DNA of 64,000 nucleotides from Candidatus Gastranaerophilales bacterium (GCA_944322755.1 CALUPY010000002.1:95790-159789), one strand, 5' to 3'. Positions 47,426-57,951 are shown, counted from the first letter of the stretch. The notes: a model not told the origin generated them from the letters alone. Translations and numbers: made by a program.

Positions 47426-49276
47426 ATGAAAATGACAAAAGGCAGAGTTTACATATTATCACTTCTTGTATTTATTGCATTATTTCTGGCTGCCTGTATT
47501 CGTATTGATAAGCCTGAATCGGAAACACTTCCTAGAAGCAGTGAAAACAATGCAGCAGAGACAGAGACTGTTTATCCTCAAAAAACAAAAAGCATAAACG
47601 GTGTTGACTACCTTTTGTCGAGAAAGCCGGCAGGAAAATACGGCGGAGATATTGTCATCAGCACAATAGGAGAAGGCCCTAAAACATTTAATCCCTGGAA
47701 TTCAAAGGACAATACTTCCTCTGCGGCCAGTGAAATAATGTTTGACAGCCTTGTTGCAACAGATGCTTATACCGGCGATGTTATCCCAAAAATGGCAAAA
47801 TATATAAAAACCTTGCCGGATAAGAAAACCTACATAATTGAACTCAGAAAAGGTTTAAAATGGTCAGACGGAACGGAAATAACTGCTGACGACGTTGTTT
47901 ACACCTGGAATACAATTATATTCGGCGGATACGGAAATACCAGTACCAGAGATGCAATGTATATTAACGGTCAGCTCCCTGTTGTCAGCAAAATTGATAA
48001 ATACACAGTAAAATTTGTTACCCCAAAACCATTTTCCCCGTTTTTAAGACAGGTGGGAGTTCCGATTGCGCCGAAACATGTGCTTAAAAAGGTTACAGAT
48101 AAAGGTAGACGCGCTTTTGACTCTTTTTGGAGTTCTTCTGTGAAACCCGAAGAACTTGTGACGAGCGGTGCTTTCAGGCTGAAAGAATATGTCCCGGCGC
48201 AGAGAATCGTGTATGAACGCAACCCTGATTATTACATTATTGATGAAAAAGGGCAAAAACTGCCCTACGTCGACAAATATATTATGTTGATTGTCGGTGA
48301 TTTAAATAATGAATTGTTAAAGTTTAAGTCGAAAGAACTTGATATGGTGGGATTAAGAGGGTCTAATGTCTCTATTTTTAAGGAAAAGGAAAAGCATTCG
48401 GACTACAAAATCTATAACCTCGGCCCCAATACCGGAACAATGTATCTCGGCATAAATATGAATGACCGGAAAAACGCTTCCGGCAAGTATTATGTGGCAC
48501 CTGTAAAACAAAAATGGTTTAATGATATTAATTTTAGAAAAGCCGTTGATTATGCCATTGACCGTGAGAATATTGTTTTTAATATTGCTGGCGGAGTCGG
48601 AGCGCCTTTGTTTACTCCGGAACCGCTGTCTTCTATATACCTTAATGAAAAAGTTGCCAAGGGCCACCCTCAGGATATGCAAAAAGCTGCTGAACTTTTG
48701 GCGCAATCCGGTTTTAAAAAAGATAAAAACGGTACACTGCGCGATAAATACGGGAACAAAGTCGAGTTTGACCTGTACACAAACGCCGGAAATACGGAAC
48801 GCGAATCTATAGGTGTTATGATAAAGCAGGATTTGGAAGACCTTGGAATGAGCGTTAATTTCAAGCCTGTTGAATTTAACACGCTTGTTAATAAATTAAC
48901 AAATACAAAAGACTGGGATATGGTTATTCTCGGGTTTACAGGGAGCCCGCTTGAGCCTTACAGCGGGAAAAATGTATGGTATTCTAACGGTACACTGCAT
49001 CTTTTTAATATGCGTTCTGAAGACGAAATTGTAAAACTCCTTCCGTGGGAAAAACGTCTGGATGAAATTTTTGACGCTGCTGCACTTGAGCTGGATTTTG
49101 CAAAAAGAAAACAGCTTTATGAAGAGTATCAGCAGATTATTTATGATGAAAAACCTTTGATATATCTGTATTCTCCGTTGCTTATATATGCCGTGAGAAA
49201 ACGATTCGGAAACCTTCATCCGACAGAAATCGGCGGAGTAATGCATAATATTGAGGAAATTTATATTAAAGATTAG
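47426..49276 (+). CDS. ABC transporter substrate-binding lipoprotein, family 5 (peptide/nickel type), orphan
   Basis: 616 aa. Lipobox FLAAC. PKTFNPW, LRKGLKWSDG and ERNPDYY blocks are typical of SBP family 5. No permease or ATPase genes adjacent. Confidence 0.8.
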   Translation: MKMTKGRVYILSLLVFIALFLAACIRIDKPESETLPRSSENNAAETETVYPQKTKSINGVDYLLSRKPAGKYGGDIVISTIGEGPKTFNPWNSKDNTSSAASEIMFDSLVATDAYTGDVIPKMAKYIKTLPDKKTYIIELRKGLKWSDGTEITADDVVYTWNTIIFGGYGNTSTRDAMYINGQLPVVSKIDKYTVKFVTPKPFSPFLRQVGVPIAPKHVLKKVTDKGRRAFDSFWSSSVKPEELVTSGAFRLKEYVPAQRIVYERNPDYYIIDEKGQKLPYVDKYIMLIVGDLNNELLKFKSKELDMVGLRGSNVSIFKEKEKHSDYKIYNLGPNTGTMYLGINMNDRKNASGKYYVAPVKQKWFNDINFRKAVDYAIDRENIVFNIAGGVGAPLFTPEPLSSIYLNEKVAKGHPQDMQKAAELLAQSGFKKDKNGTLRDKYGNKVEFDLYTNAGNTERESIGVMIKQDLEDLGMSVNFKPVEFNTLVNKLTNTKDWDMVILGFTGSPLEPYSGKNVWYSNGTLHLFNMRSEDEIVKLLPWEKRLDEIFDAAALELDFAKRKQLYEEYQQIIYDEKPLIYLYSPLLIYAVRKRFGNLHPTEIGGVMHNIEEIYIKD

Positions 49277-49677
49277 CGGATTTTAAAAAGCTGGTTTCTT
49301 ATTTTTGAATCAAAAAGTCCTCTGAAACCTACAGGGATAATCTGATCTTTAATTATTTTCCAGTTCGGAGATTTTTCCAGCAACATAAATCTGACTTTTT
49401 TAAAGGGTTCCAGTATTGTCAGAGTGTTATCATGCATAGAAATCTGTCTGCCGTCGTATTTTTGAATCTGACGTTCCATAAGAAGTCCGCTGCCAGTGTA
49501 TTCCGAGCGGACTCTCGTGCCCGAGGGAAGTTTCTTTATGGTTACATGTCTTGGGGGATCGATTATTGAATATCTGTAGCTTTTCCAGCATTTTCCGTTT
49601 TGGTCTGTTCCCTTGCGTTCTGTTTTTACACCGGTTAATGTGTTTAAAATCGAATTACAAATATTTGATACTTTCAT
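49273..49677 (-). CDS. hypothetical protein
   Basis: 134-aa ORF. Its stop overlaps the convergent SBP stop by 4 nt. No recognisable domain. Confidence 0.45.
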   Translation of the reverse strand: MKVSNICNSILNTLTGVKTERKGTDQNGKCWKSYRYSIIDPPRHVTIKKLPSGTRVRSEYTGSGLLMERQIQKYDGRQISMHDNTLTILEPFKKVRFMLLEKSPNWKIIKDQIIPVGFRGLFDSKIRNQLFKIR

Positions 49678-49876
49678 TTATACCTGCCTTGAGTCTTTTT
49701 ATTATTATATAAACCCTGTAAAAATAAAATTTGCTATTGAATTATATAAAGATAACACAAGAAAGACGATATGTCTTAATGCATGTTTTTAAGCCTTTTA
49801 AAATTAACGTGCAATCTGCCTTAATCTCTGGTACAATATGCGTAGTATTTACAGATGTTAAATAGAGGTTACCAAG

Positions 49877-51208
49877 GTGGAAAATATAAAGAAAAGAGAA
49901 ATCCGATATCCTTTTCTCCCTTCTCCTGTTGAAGTTTATGAAAGAGAAAACGGACACAAAATAGTTTTTGCAAAAAAAGAAGGCGGACTTGTTAATATCA
50001 GCAGCTGGGTAAAAACCGGTTCTATCAATGAAAATGACGAAATCAACGGAATTTCTCATTTTCTTGAGCATTTAATGTTCAAAGGCACGCACAAGCACCC
50101 TGCAGGATATTTTGACAGAACGCTTGAGGCAAAAGGCGCAATCGTAAATGCGGCTACATGGAAAGATTATACATACTATTATGTAACCCTTCCTAAAGGC
50201 CCTGATAATGCATATTTCTATGAGGCTATTGAACTGCATGGCGATATGATGCTTGATCCGATTATTCCTGAAGAAGAAATCGGGCCCGCTTTCAAACTCG
50301 GCGATGATACCGTAAAAGAGAAAAGAGAGCGCCATGTCGTAATTGAAGAGATAAGAATGAGACAAGACCAGCCGTGGACAAAGGTCTATAATGAGGCCAA
50401 CCATAATATGTACAAGTCTCATCCTTACAAACGTGATGTAATAGGCTTTGCTGAGACTATAGCGTCTGTTCCCCGTGAAACAATAATGAATTATTACAGA
50501 ACATTCTACAGTCCGAATAATATAACGACTATTGTTGCCGGTGAATTTGACAGTGAAGAAATTTTGAAAAGAGTAGTCGATGCATTTGACTTTAAAGGCC
50601 GTGAAAATACTGAGAAAAAACATTTTGAACTCGATACACCGGAAGCAAAATATGTGGAAAACTACGCACATATAAACACAGGCTTTTCCATAATCGGCTG
50701 GCTCGGACCTGTTGCATGCGATATAAAAGAAAATATAGGGCTTGAGATAGCCAATATCATTCTCGGCGAAGGCCAGAGCTCGAGGCTATACCAGAATCTT
50801 ATTGAAAAACCCAAAGAGCCTGTTTTTAATGTCGTAGCATCTGATTATTACAGCTTTAGAGACGGCGGAAACTTCTTTGTGCAGGCTAATTTTAAACCGG
50901 AAAACAAAGGGGAGGCTGTTACCCAATTAAAGAATGAAGTTGAAAAACTCTCAAATATTGAAGAACGCGAGTTTAAAAAAGCAGTTAAAAAACTGAAAGT
51001 ACGTTTTGCGGAAAGTGCGGAAACAGTTTCTGATATAGCGGACACTATCGGTTACTATATGACCGTATGTGACAATATAGAACTTGTTGAAGAGTATCAA
51101 AAAGTTCTCGAAACTATCAGCATAGACGATTTTAAAGATATTGTAAAAAAATATCTTCCCACGGAACACGCAGTCGTATCGGTTTTAATGCCGGAAAAGA
51201 AGGATTAA
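49877..51208 (+). CDS. M16-family zinc peptidase (active-type subunit), GTG start
   Basis: HFLEHLMFKGT (the HxxEH zinc motif) and downstream E...E residues. 443 aa. Confidence 0.85.
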   Translation: MENIKKREIRYPFLPSPVEVYERENGHKIVFAKKEGGLVNISSWVKTGSINENDEINGISHFLEHLMFKGTHKHPAGYFDRTLEAKGAIVNAATWKDYTYYYVTLPKGPDNAYFYEAIELHGDMMLDPIIPEEEIGPAFKLGDDTVKEKRERHVVIEEIRMRQDQPWTKVYNEANHNMYKSHPYKRDVIGFAETIASVPRETIMNYYRTFYSPNNITTIVAGEFDSEEILKRVVDAFDFKGRENTEKKHFELDTPEAKYVENYAHINTGFSIIGWLGPVACDIKENIGLEIANIILGEGQSSRLYQNLIEKPKEPVFNVVASDYYSFRDGGNFFVQANFKPENKGEAVTQLKNEVEKLSNIEEREFKKAVKKLKVRFAESAETVSDIADTIGYYMTVCDNIELVEEYQKVLETISIDDFKDIVKKYLPTEHAVVSVLMPEKKD

Positions 51209-51212
51209 TCTT

Positions 51213-52439
51213 ATGAAAAAAATATATTTGGACAACAAAATACCTGTTATATACAAAGAAAACAAAAATACTCCGCGTCTTGCGTTATGTTTGTATTTTA
51301 AAATTGAAGAACCGGAAAAGAAAGCAGGATTGTATTCAATATTGAACAGACTTCTGATGCAGGGCACTGCAAACCGCAGCGCGGAAGAACTCGCAAGAGA
51401 GCTGGATGAAAATGCAATCGAGTGTTACAGCGAAATGAAACACGATTTTCTGAGATTTAAACTTCTTTGTCTCAATGAAGACATAGATAAAGCCTTGGAA
51501 ATACTTGAAGATATCGTGAAAAATTCTACAATGGAGGATTTTTCAAAAGAAGTCGTAAAAATGAAGGGTGAAATAGAAGCAGAGCTCGACTCGCCGAAAT
51601 CACGTGCGGCCGACGCTTTTTACAAAACATTATTTGACGGCCTTTCTTACGGGCATACTTATACAAAAACGCTCGAAGCTCTTGACAGTATAACAAAAGA
51701 TGAGGTGAAATCTGCTTATTTTGATATGCTGGAAAAGGCACCAAAGGTTATGAGTCTTGTTGGTGATTTTGATGAATCTGATATGACGGCTAAATTGAAT
51801 AAACATTTCCGCAGTCTTTCGAATCCACCCAAAGAATCAAATGACGATGATATTGTGCAGCTTGCTGAAAACAAAAAGGTTACTGTAGAAAAAAATGACG
51901 CTTCCCAGGCGCAAATCTTTCAAGGATGGAGAGTCCCGACTATTTTTGATAAGGATTATCCTGTGCTTATGCTTTTGAATACTATTCTTGGCTCAAGCGG
52001 TTTGTCTTCAAGACTTTTTGTTGAATTAAGAGACAAAAAGGGGCTTGCGTATGTAGTCAGAAGCAGCTATGAAGTTTATGACAAAGCAGCTGCGTTTTCT
52101 GTATACATTGCAACAGAGCCAAAGAATATCAAAACATCACTTGAGGGGTTTGAGTTTGAGATAAACAGAATCAAAACTACTCCTGTTGATGAAACAGAAC
52201 TCGAGAATGCAAAAAATAACCTGATAGGCAAACGTCAGTTCTTTACGGAAACAAACCTGCAGCAGTCCAGCCTGTATGCTTTTTATGAGGATAAAGGGCT
52301 CGGATATGATTTTGAAGAAAAACTTATTGAAGCAGTGAAGAAGGTTTCTGCAGAAGATATAAAAAGAGCTGCAAACGAATATCTGAAAGACCCGCATGTC
52401 TTGACAGTGCTTGCGCCCGGAGAGTATCTGGAGTTTTAG
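51213..52439 (+). CDS. M16-family peptidase homolog lacking HxxEH (non-catalytic partner type)
   Basis: 408 aa with an M16 fold-like sequence (LLMQGTANRSAEEL...) but no HxxEH. It starts 4 nt after the first M16 gene. Confidence 0.75.
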   Translation: MKKIYLDNKIPVIYKENKNTPRLALCLYFKIEEPEKKAGLYSILNRLLMQGTANRSAEELARELDENAIECYSEMKHDFLRFKLLCLNEDIDKALEILEDIVKNSTMEDFSKEVVKMKGEIEAELDSPKSRAADAFYKTLFDGLSYGHTYTKTLEALDSITKDEVKSAYFDMLEKAPKVMSLVGDFDESDMTAKLNKHFRSLSNPPKESNDDDIVQLAENKKVTVEKNDASQAQIFQGWRVPTIFDKDYPVLMLLNTILGSSGLSSRLFVELRDKKGLAYVVRSSYEVYDKAAAFSVYIATEPKNIKTSLEGFEFEINRIKTTPVDETELENAKNNLIGKRQFFTETNLQQSSLYAFYEDKGLGYDFEEKLIEAVKKVSAEDIKRAANEYLKDPHVLTVLAPGEYLEF

Positions 52440-52440
52440 T

Positions 52441-53049
52441 ATGGCGGCAATAAAGAAGGGGCTTAAAGTACAAATCGAATTCGAAAGCGGTTTTGGTAAA
52501 AAATCAAGAATAGACTGCTATATTCTGGATTACGAGGACGACAGAATAGAACTTATGTACCCGGCGTCTAAGGAAGAATTTATTCCTTATCTTTCTGAGG
52601 GTACGGAGCTCAAGGCTTTTATATACACATTTGCGGGGATACAGGTTCTTGATTCTATTGTTTTGAACTCTCCGCTGGAAGATTTTACAATCGAGTATCA
52701 TGAAGACACCCAGATAATCCAGCGGCGGAGATATCTTAGAGTTCCGTTGATTGCGGAACTTTTTATAGCGCTTCCTGAAGGCAACAAAAAATCTGAAACA
52801 CTCGACATAAGCGGTGGAGGGATACGTTTTGCCTTCGGACAAACACTTGAAAATCAGAAGGTTTACAATGGAAGTTTAAGACTGGAAAAATACGATTCTT
52901 TAATATTCTTTACCGGAATTGTATCTAAAAAAAGCTTCTTTAAGCCCGATGAATACGTAATCGAGTTTACTGAAATAGATGAAAAAAATCGTGAAAAAAT
53001 TATCCAAAAATGTGTAGAAGTGGACAGGATGAATAATAAAAAGGTGTAA
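52441..53049 (+). CDS. PilZ-domain protein (YcgR-like two-domain architecture)
   Basis: QRRRYLRVPL and DISGGGIRF are the RxxxR and D/NxSxxG c-di-GMP binding motifs. ATG 52441 lies 1 nt after the M16 partner stop. Confidence 0.8.
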   Translation: MAAIKKGLKVQIEFESGFGKKSRIDCYILDYEDDRIELMYPASKEEFIPYLSEGTELKAFIYTFAGIQVLDSIVLNSPLEDFTIEYHEDTQIIQRRRYLRVPLIAELFIALPEGNKKSETLDISGGGIRFAFGQTLENQKVYNGSLRLEKYDSLIFFTGIVSKKSFFKPDEYVIEFTEIDEKNREKIIQKCVEVDRMNNKKV

Positions 53050-53056
53050 ACTTTCT

Positions 53057-53539
53057 TTACCGGTATGGGTTTATGCAGCCCATATTTACCAGTGTTTGGC
53101 GTAAAACTGCTTCGTCGAATACCGATGTTTCCCACGGAATATTAAAATAAATCAAATAGGAAAAATACATTGCAATATATCCAATAATATAGAATTTTAT
53201 GCTGTTATTTTTTTTACCTTTATTGAACAAAAAGTAATTTAGCGCAAAAATAGCGAATAAGGTGAAAAATTTTAATATCTCAGTGTCTAATAAAGTCCAC
53301 GAAATTTGGTTGCTTGAGTTCAAAGAAAAAATAGCAACAAGTAAAGAGAGCGGTGTAATTATAATCAGATAAAATATACATAAAAGCTCCCACAAAATCA
53401 GAATCAAAAACGGTACATTAAAAGAATACAAAAGGAGTCCGAATATATTTAACGGACTCAGCCCTGCGGGAGAGTGAAAATTGCTCCAATAAGATTTCCA
53501 AAAATCTTTAATTCCTGATTTGATTTGTTTCAATTTCAT
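53057..53539 (-). CDS. hypothetical integral membrane protein
   Basis: 160 aa with about 4 hydrophobic segments. Confidence 0.5.
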   Translation of the reverse strand: MKLKQIKSGIKDFWKSYWSNFHSPAGLSPLNIFGLLLYSFNVPFLILILWELLCIFYLIIITPLSLLVAIFSLNSSNQISWTLLDTEILKFFTLFAIFALNYFLFNKGKKNNSIKFYIIGYIAMYFSYLIYFNIPWETSVFDEAVLRQTLVNMGCINPYR

Positions 53540-53682
53540 TAAACTCTCGTAATTTTCATATTACAATTTGTTGAAATTGTACCATAATTCCAGATTTTTG
53601 TGTAGTTGTATTTGGCTGTTTTCAGCGTAAACAGCTAATAAGACCGAAAGTAGACAATATTGCTATATCCGGTAAGAATAAG

Positions 53683-54699
53683 TTAAGCTCTCTCAGGAAC
53701 CGGCCCATGTAAGTCGTCATGAGCATCTTTCAGAACATTACCGAGTTTTATAAGTTTATCCGGCAGTTTGCAATCTCTCAAAACTCTCATTGCATCGTAG
53801 TGAGAACGTGCTGGTTTGTATGGACGTTCTTCTGTCATAGCTGAATAAATGTCAGCCATTCTCAAAATTTGTGCAAGTTCATTTTTTGAATGAGGGTTGT
53901 GATGGTCTCTGACTGCTTCTGCTATTTCGGGTTTGTAGCCGAGTGACTTCATCAACTCATAGCCGAGTACGGCATGAAGATTTACGACCCGTCTTTCGTC
54001 TTTTGAAAGTGCACCGTTTTTATTCAGGTATTTGGCAGGAATAAGAGATTTTCCTATATCGTGAAACGCAGCGGCAACTTCTACGGTTTTCACTTCTTCC
54101 GGAGACAATCCCAATTTCTTTGCCAGTGCTTTTGAATATTCAACTGTATCGTTGAGGTGTCCTTCTTTTATTGTTGATAAGTTTTTGTAATCTATAACAA
54201 GCGGAACGCCGGCTTCATACAAAATTTGTCCTATACGCGGATTTGAAGCCACTGCTGTTTTGATATCTTCTTCGGATGAAAGTTTTGACAGCGCATTCGG
54301 ACGCTTAAACCATTTTAAAAGTCTGCTTGAGAGAACTGATTTTACATTGTCAGGCTCTTTATTAAACGGGTTTTCTGTTGTTTCAAATTTGTCTTTTTCC
54401 AAAGGCGCAAGTTTCTCCGGCTCGGGTTTTACACTTACCGGAGCTTTTTGGAACATATTAGTGCTGAACAGATTCGTCTGTTTTAACTCGGGTTTTTCAT
54501 CAGACGTTTTAAAACTGTCAGGAGTTTCTACAAACAGATTTTTGCTGAGATTTACGCTCTCCCCAATCGGAAATTCCATTGTCGGAGTGCCAAAAACCTG
54601 TATGCCATTCTCTGCAGGACTATTAAATTTTATTTTACTTGCTTCCGTATCCAATCGGACATCGGACACAAGCCTCTGTGTCACTTTTTCTGTTGCCAA
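53683..54699 (-). CDS. HD-domain phosphohydrolase (HD-GYP-related, GYP loop absent) with a long disordered N-terminus, TTG start
   Basis: The C-terminal half has FHDIGKSLIP, LHAVLGYELM, VRDHHNPH and ADIYSAMTEERPYK. The N-terminal 150 aa are low complexity. Confidence 0.7.
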   Translation of the reverse strand: MATEKVTQRLVSDVRLDTEASKIKFNSPAENGIQVFGTPTMEFPIGESVNLSKNLFVETPDSFKTSDEKPELKQTNLFSTNMFQKAPVSVKPEPEKLAPLEKDKFETTENPFNKEPDNVKSVLSSRLLKWFKRPNALSKLSSEEDIKTAVASNPRIGQILYEAGVPLVIDYKNLSTIKEGHLNDTVEYSKALAKKLGLSPEEVKTVEVAAAFHDIGKSLIPAKYLNKNGALSKDERRVVNLHAVLGYELMKSLGYKPEIAEAVRDHHNPHSKNELAQILRMADIYSAMTEERPYKPARSHYDAMRVLRDCKLPDKLIKLGNVLKDAHDDLHGPVPERA

Positions 54700-54895
54700 A
54701 ATATAATATTCCTATGTTTCCTTCGGTTCCTATATATTAATAAACAAATTTTTTTCAATTTAATTTACAGAAAAACTAAGTTCTTTAACATATGTTTACA
54801 AAATTGTCCGAAAAAAAAATTAGCAATTAAGGAATAACGCGGCTGCAGCGACTTTTTTGAGTGCCCAAAAGTGAGCAGATTGGCAACTACCGGAT

Positions 54896-54927
54896 TAAAA
54901 ACAAAGGAGCTCTTATTTTGAAGAGCC
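54896..54927 (-). terminator. probable intrinsic terminator after the 635-aa gene
   Basis: The minus strand reads GCTCTT-CAAAAT-AAGAGC followed by TCCTTTGTTTTT. Confidence 0.45.
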
Positions 54928-54950
54928 CCGTAGTGCCTCGATATGGTTGA

Positions 54951-56858
54951 TTAAAAAATCATATCGGGGTAGGGAGAGACGTAGAGATCGTTGAAACCAA
55001 GAGGAACACTGCCCATGGATATTGCGTTCATCGCATTGTGGTAATCCTGATATATATTTCTTGCGGGCAATTGATAATTCATTGTTGTCTGCGGAGTCTG
55101 AAAGCTTGACGCAGCTTCTGTTTCTGTTTCTTCTTGCTGTGTGTTTTGCGGCTGTTCAGCTTGTTGCTGTGCCTGCTGCTCCTGCATTTGCTGCATGTAT
55201 TCTTCCATTTCTGCCTGATATTCTGCGAGCGACGTATTTTCTGCTGTTGAATTGTCATTCAAACCGCCTGCTATGCCTGCAGTGAGGGCTTTTTCATAAC
55301 CTGGCATGTTTTTATATGAATTTATTGCATTTGTTTTGTAGAGTCCGGCTTTTGCCATTGCTGATTGTACTTTGTTTTCTGTGATAAGTTTTTCCACATT
55401 TGCTTTATGGCGGTTGAGTTTTGCAAGTTCAATTGCTTTTTGAGCATCAGACATAGTGCTGTTTTCAACGTCGCTTATTTTTTTGTTTAATTTTTCAAGT
55501 GCTGCTTTCAGTTTTGCATTTTTAGCATTTGCATATTTTATAATATCCAGCTTTTCATCTATTTTATTGAGCTTCTTAGTCTCATTAAGTCTGCGTTTTG
55601 CTGCCTTTAACTGTTTGTCATAAACAGCTTTTCTGACCGAGGTGGCGTCCTTCATCGCTGTTTTTATATCATTAATTTCTGCTTCAATTTTTTCAACAGC
55701 TGCTTTTCTTGCGTCTGCAGAAGCCTTTTGATTGTTTATTTGTCCTGCTTGAGGATTTCTTCTGACCATGCCGTTTTCCTGCGAAGTTTTGCCAATATTT
55801 GACTTCTGTTCTTTAACCTTGTTTATGTATCTGTAAAGCTTTTCAAGTCGTGCTGTTTTCTGCTTTATTTCAAGTTTAAGTTCTTCAGTCTGCGGCTTTC
55901 TCTTTAGTTCTGAAATTTCCTTAGCAAGCTTGTCAGCGTTTTTATTCAGTTTTGCAATGTCCTTGTCATAAGCTTTTCCGAGAGCTTCTTTTGTGGTATT
56001 TTTTGCTGATTTTGCAGACATTGTATCATTCCAGGCCTTTTTCAACCTGCCGCCGGCTGCTGTCCAAGTTTCTGCTTTTGACAGCGGTGCAAGAGTTTCT
56101 TTGGGGCTTGTTGCAAGAGTTTTTACGCCATCCTTTACTGCTTTAAAACTTTCTGCAGTGGCTTTTGCTGTACTTGTTACTGCATTTCCTTTAGGAACGG
56201 CTTTCCCTGCGGCTTTGAGAGCTCCTTTGGCACCTGCGGCGGATAGCCCGATAGATAAGGTGCCGGCGCCTATATCCTGCCACGCTGCTTCTGCTTCAGC
56301 GTCTGTCTTAGCATTGGCTGCTTTATAAGCGCCTTTAGCTGTCTGGACTGCTCCGATTCCGACCCCTGCTGCAACAAGGAAAGGTGCTGCTGCGCCGCCT
56401 GTTGCTACAGTAATAGCGGCGGCTGCTCCGGCAACAGCTACTGTTGTAAGTGTTCTTTTTAAGCTAAATCCCTTTTCATCGCAGAAAAGACCTTTTGCCA
56501 TGTTCAACATACCTTTTCCGAAATTTTTAAGTTTTCTTTTCCAGCTTATTTTTCCGTCATCAGCGTCCGGTTCCGGCATTTTTGATTCCTGAGTGTTCTG
56601 TTGCGGCTTTACATCATATTGTGTCATATTTTTGGCTGTATCAGCCTGTTGGGTTTGTTGGGAACTCTGAGTCTGCGCAGGTTGTTGATTCTGTTGCGTC
56701 TGAGTTGGCGCTGCTGCAGGCTGCTGGGCAAATTGTAAATATTGCGACAGCAAATCAGAATTCTTCTGATTTTGACCGGCCCAAAGCCCTAGCATTCCGT
56801 ATAAATCATTGAAATTGTACATGCCATATGGCATCTGCATCCCAATCGGATAAGACAT
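54951..56858 (-). CDS. hypothetical large protein: Gln-rich termini, Ala/Gly-rich hydrophobic core segment, Lys-rich coiled coil
   Basis: 635-aa ORF. Composition and motifs were read from the translation. No recognisable domain. Confidence 0.6.
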   Translation of the reverse strand: MSYPIGMQMPYGMYNFNDLYGMLGLWAGQNQKNSDLLSQYLQFAQQPAAAPTQTQQNQQPAQTQSSQQTQQADTAKNMTQYDVKPQQNTQESKMPEPDADDGKISWKRKLKNFGKGMLNMAKGLFCDEKGFSLKRTLTTVAVAGAAAAITVATGGAAAPFLVAAGVGIGAVQTAKGAYKAANAKTDAEAEAAWQDIGAGTLSIGLSAAGAKGALKAAGKAVPKGNAVTSTAKATAESFKAVKDGVKTLATSPKETLAPLSKAETWTAAGGRLKKAWNDTMSAKSAKNTTKEALGKAYDKDIAKLNKNADKLAKEISELKRKPQTEELKLEIKQKTARLEKLYRYINKVKEQKSNIGKTSQENGMVRRNPQAGQINNQKASADARKAAVEKIEAEINDIKTAMKDATSVRKAVYDKQLKAAKRRLNETKKLNKIDEKLDIIKYANAKNAKLKAALEKLNKKISDVENSTMSDAQKAIELAKLNRHKANVEKLITENKVQSAMAKAGLYKTNAINSYKNMPGYEKALTAGIAGGLNDNSTAENTSLAEYQAEMEEYMQQMQEQQAQQQAEQPQNTQQEETETEAASSFQTPQTTMNYQLPARNIYQDYHNAMNAISMGSVPLGFNDLYVSPYPDMIF

Positions 56859-57026
56859 AACTGTCCCCTTTCCCCGTAGTAAATTATTAATATCCTAAAT
56901 TCCTTAAATTAATAAAAACAAATACATCTGAGGAATTTACTTACTTTTTAATTTTGAAATATTTGATATATATAAGATATTTATTAAACTTAACAATGTT
57001 TTACAATTATTACGGGAATATCAGGC

Positions 57027-57914
57027 TTAAGACTCCCAAATATCAGCCAAATCCCTGATGTATGGACGAATATCAAGATTTATGGATGAATACTCATCTA
57101 TTCTGTCTTCTGAAATCTCCATAGCTGTATCGTTTGAGGAAATCAAAATTACATTTGTTATATCGATAACGCGTTTGTCCAAACCGAAAAATGCTTTGTA
57201 ATAGACGTGGTCAGAGGTGTCGCCTCTGAATACAAGGTTTTTTCTAAAATGTTTTGTGTAAATTTTTTTCAGCTTGCGTATGAAATAATTTTCGGGATGA
57301 CCAAAATCAGGGCTTGCACAGAGATTTGAAACGAAGAGACCGTTCTTTGAAAGGCAGCTGTTCACAAGACTAAAATACTCATCAGACAAAAATCTTTCGT
57401 CTATTCCTTCATCAGAAGCAACATCGACTATTATAAGGTCATATTTTTTCGGGTTTTCGCGCAGAAATACAATTCCATCTTGCAGCACGAAACTTGTATT
57501 TTTTAAATTTTTATAACCGAAAAATTTCTCTGCAATGTATACGATATTTTCTTCTATGTCAACAACATCGAAGCCGGCAATATCTCCGTAAAGTCTGTAC
57601 AGGTCGTTAACCAGCCTGCCTGTACCAAAACCGATAAGAAGCACATTTTTAACATTTTTATTAATTAAAAACGGAATTGTAAAATAGTTAATGTATGGCA
57701 GATTGCCTGTATATGAGGGTGTTTTTATGTGTCCTGCCTGATAAGTGTCTTTGTAGTGCAAAAAACGTCCAATCTCATTTTTAACAACTTTTACAGTATG
57801 AAAATCTGACTGTTTTTCAAACAGAATTTTATCATCGAAAACCCTGTTGTTTATTATTTCGAGCAGGTTTTCATCAGGTTCGTGTATTTGCAGTTCTTCA
57901 GGTATTATTGTCAT
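57027..57914 (-). CDS. spermidine synthase-like / class I SAM-dependent methyltransferase-fold protein
   Basis: 295 aa. VLLIGFGTGRLV (motif I-like), VVDIEENIV...EKFF and DLIIVDV. Confidence 0.55.
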   Translation of the reverse strand: MTIIPEELQIHEPDENLLEIINNRVFDDKILFEKQSDFHTVKVVKNEIGRFLHYKDTYQAGHIKTPSYTGNLPYINYFTIPFLINKNVKNVLLIGFGTGRLVNDLYRLYGDIAGFDVVDIEENIVYIAEKFFGYKNLKNTSFVLQDGIVFLRENPKKYDLIIVDVASDEGIDERFLSDEYFSLVNSCLSKNGLFVSNLCASPDFGHPENYFIRKLKKIYTKHFRKNLVFRGDTSDHVYYKAFFGLDKRVIDITNVILISSNDTAMEISEDRIDEYSSINLDIRPYIRDLADIWES

Positions 57915-57951
57915 TTCGCGTTTTCCGTGTGTTTATAGTATAAATTATAAT

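Noticed and set aside
50072-50671. 199-aa minus-strand ORF
   Set aside because: It is antisense to the M16 peptidase gene, which carries the HxxEH motif. It has no independent signals.
57847-57951. N-terminal 35-codon extension of the rsmA ORF overlapping the divergent gene
   Set aside because: The conserved RsmA sequence begins at ATG 57952. The extension is Ser/Cys-rich and overlaps the start of the minus-strand gene.
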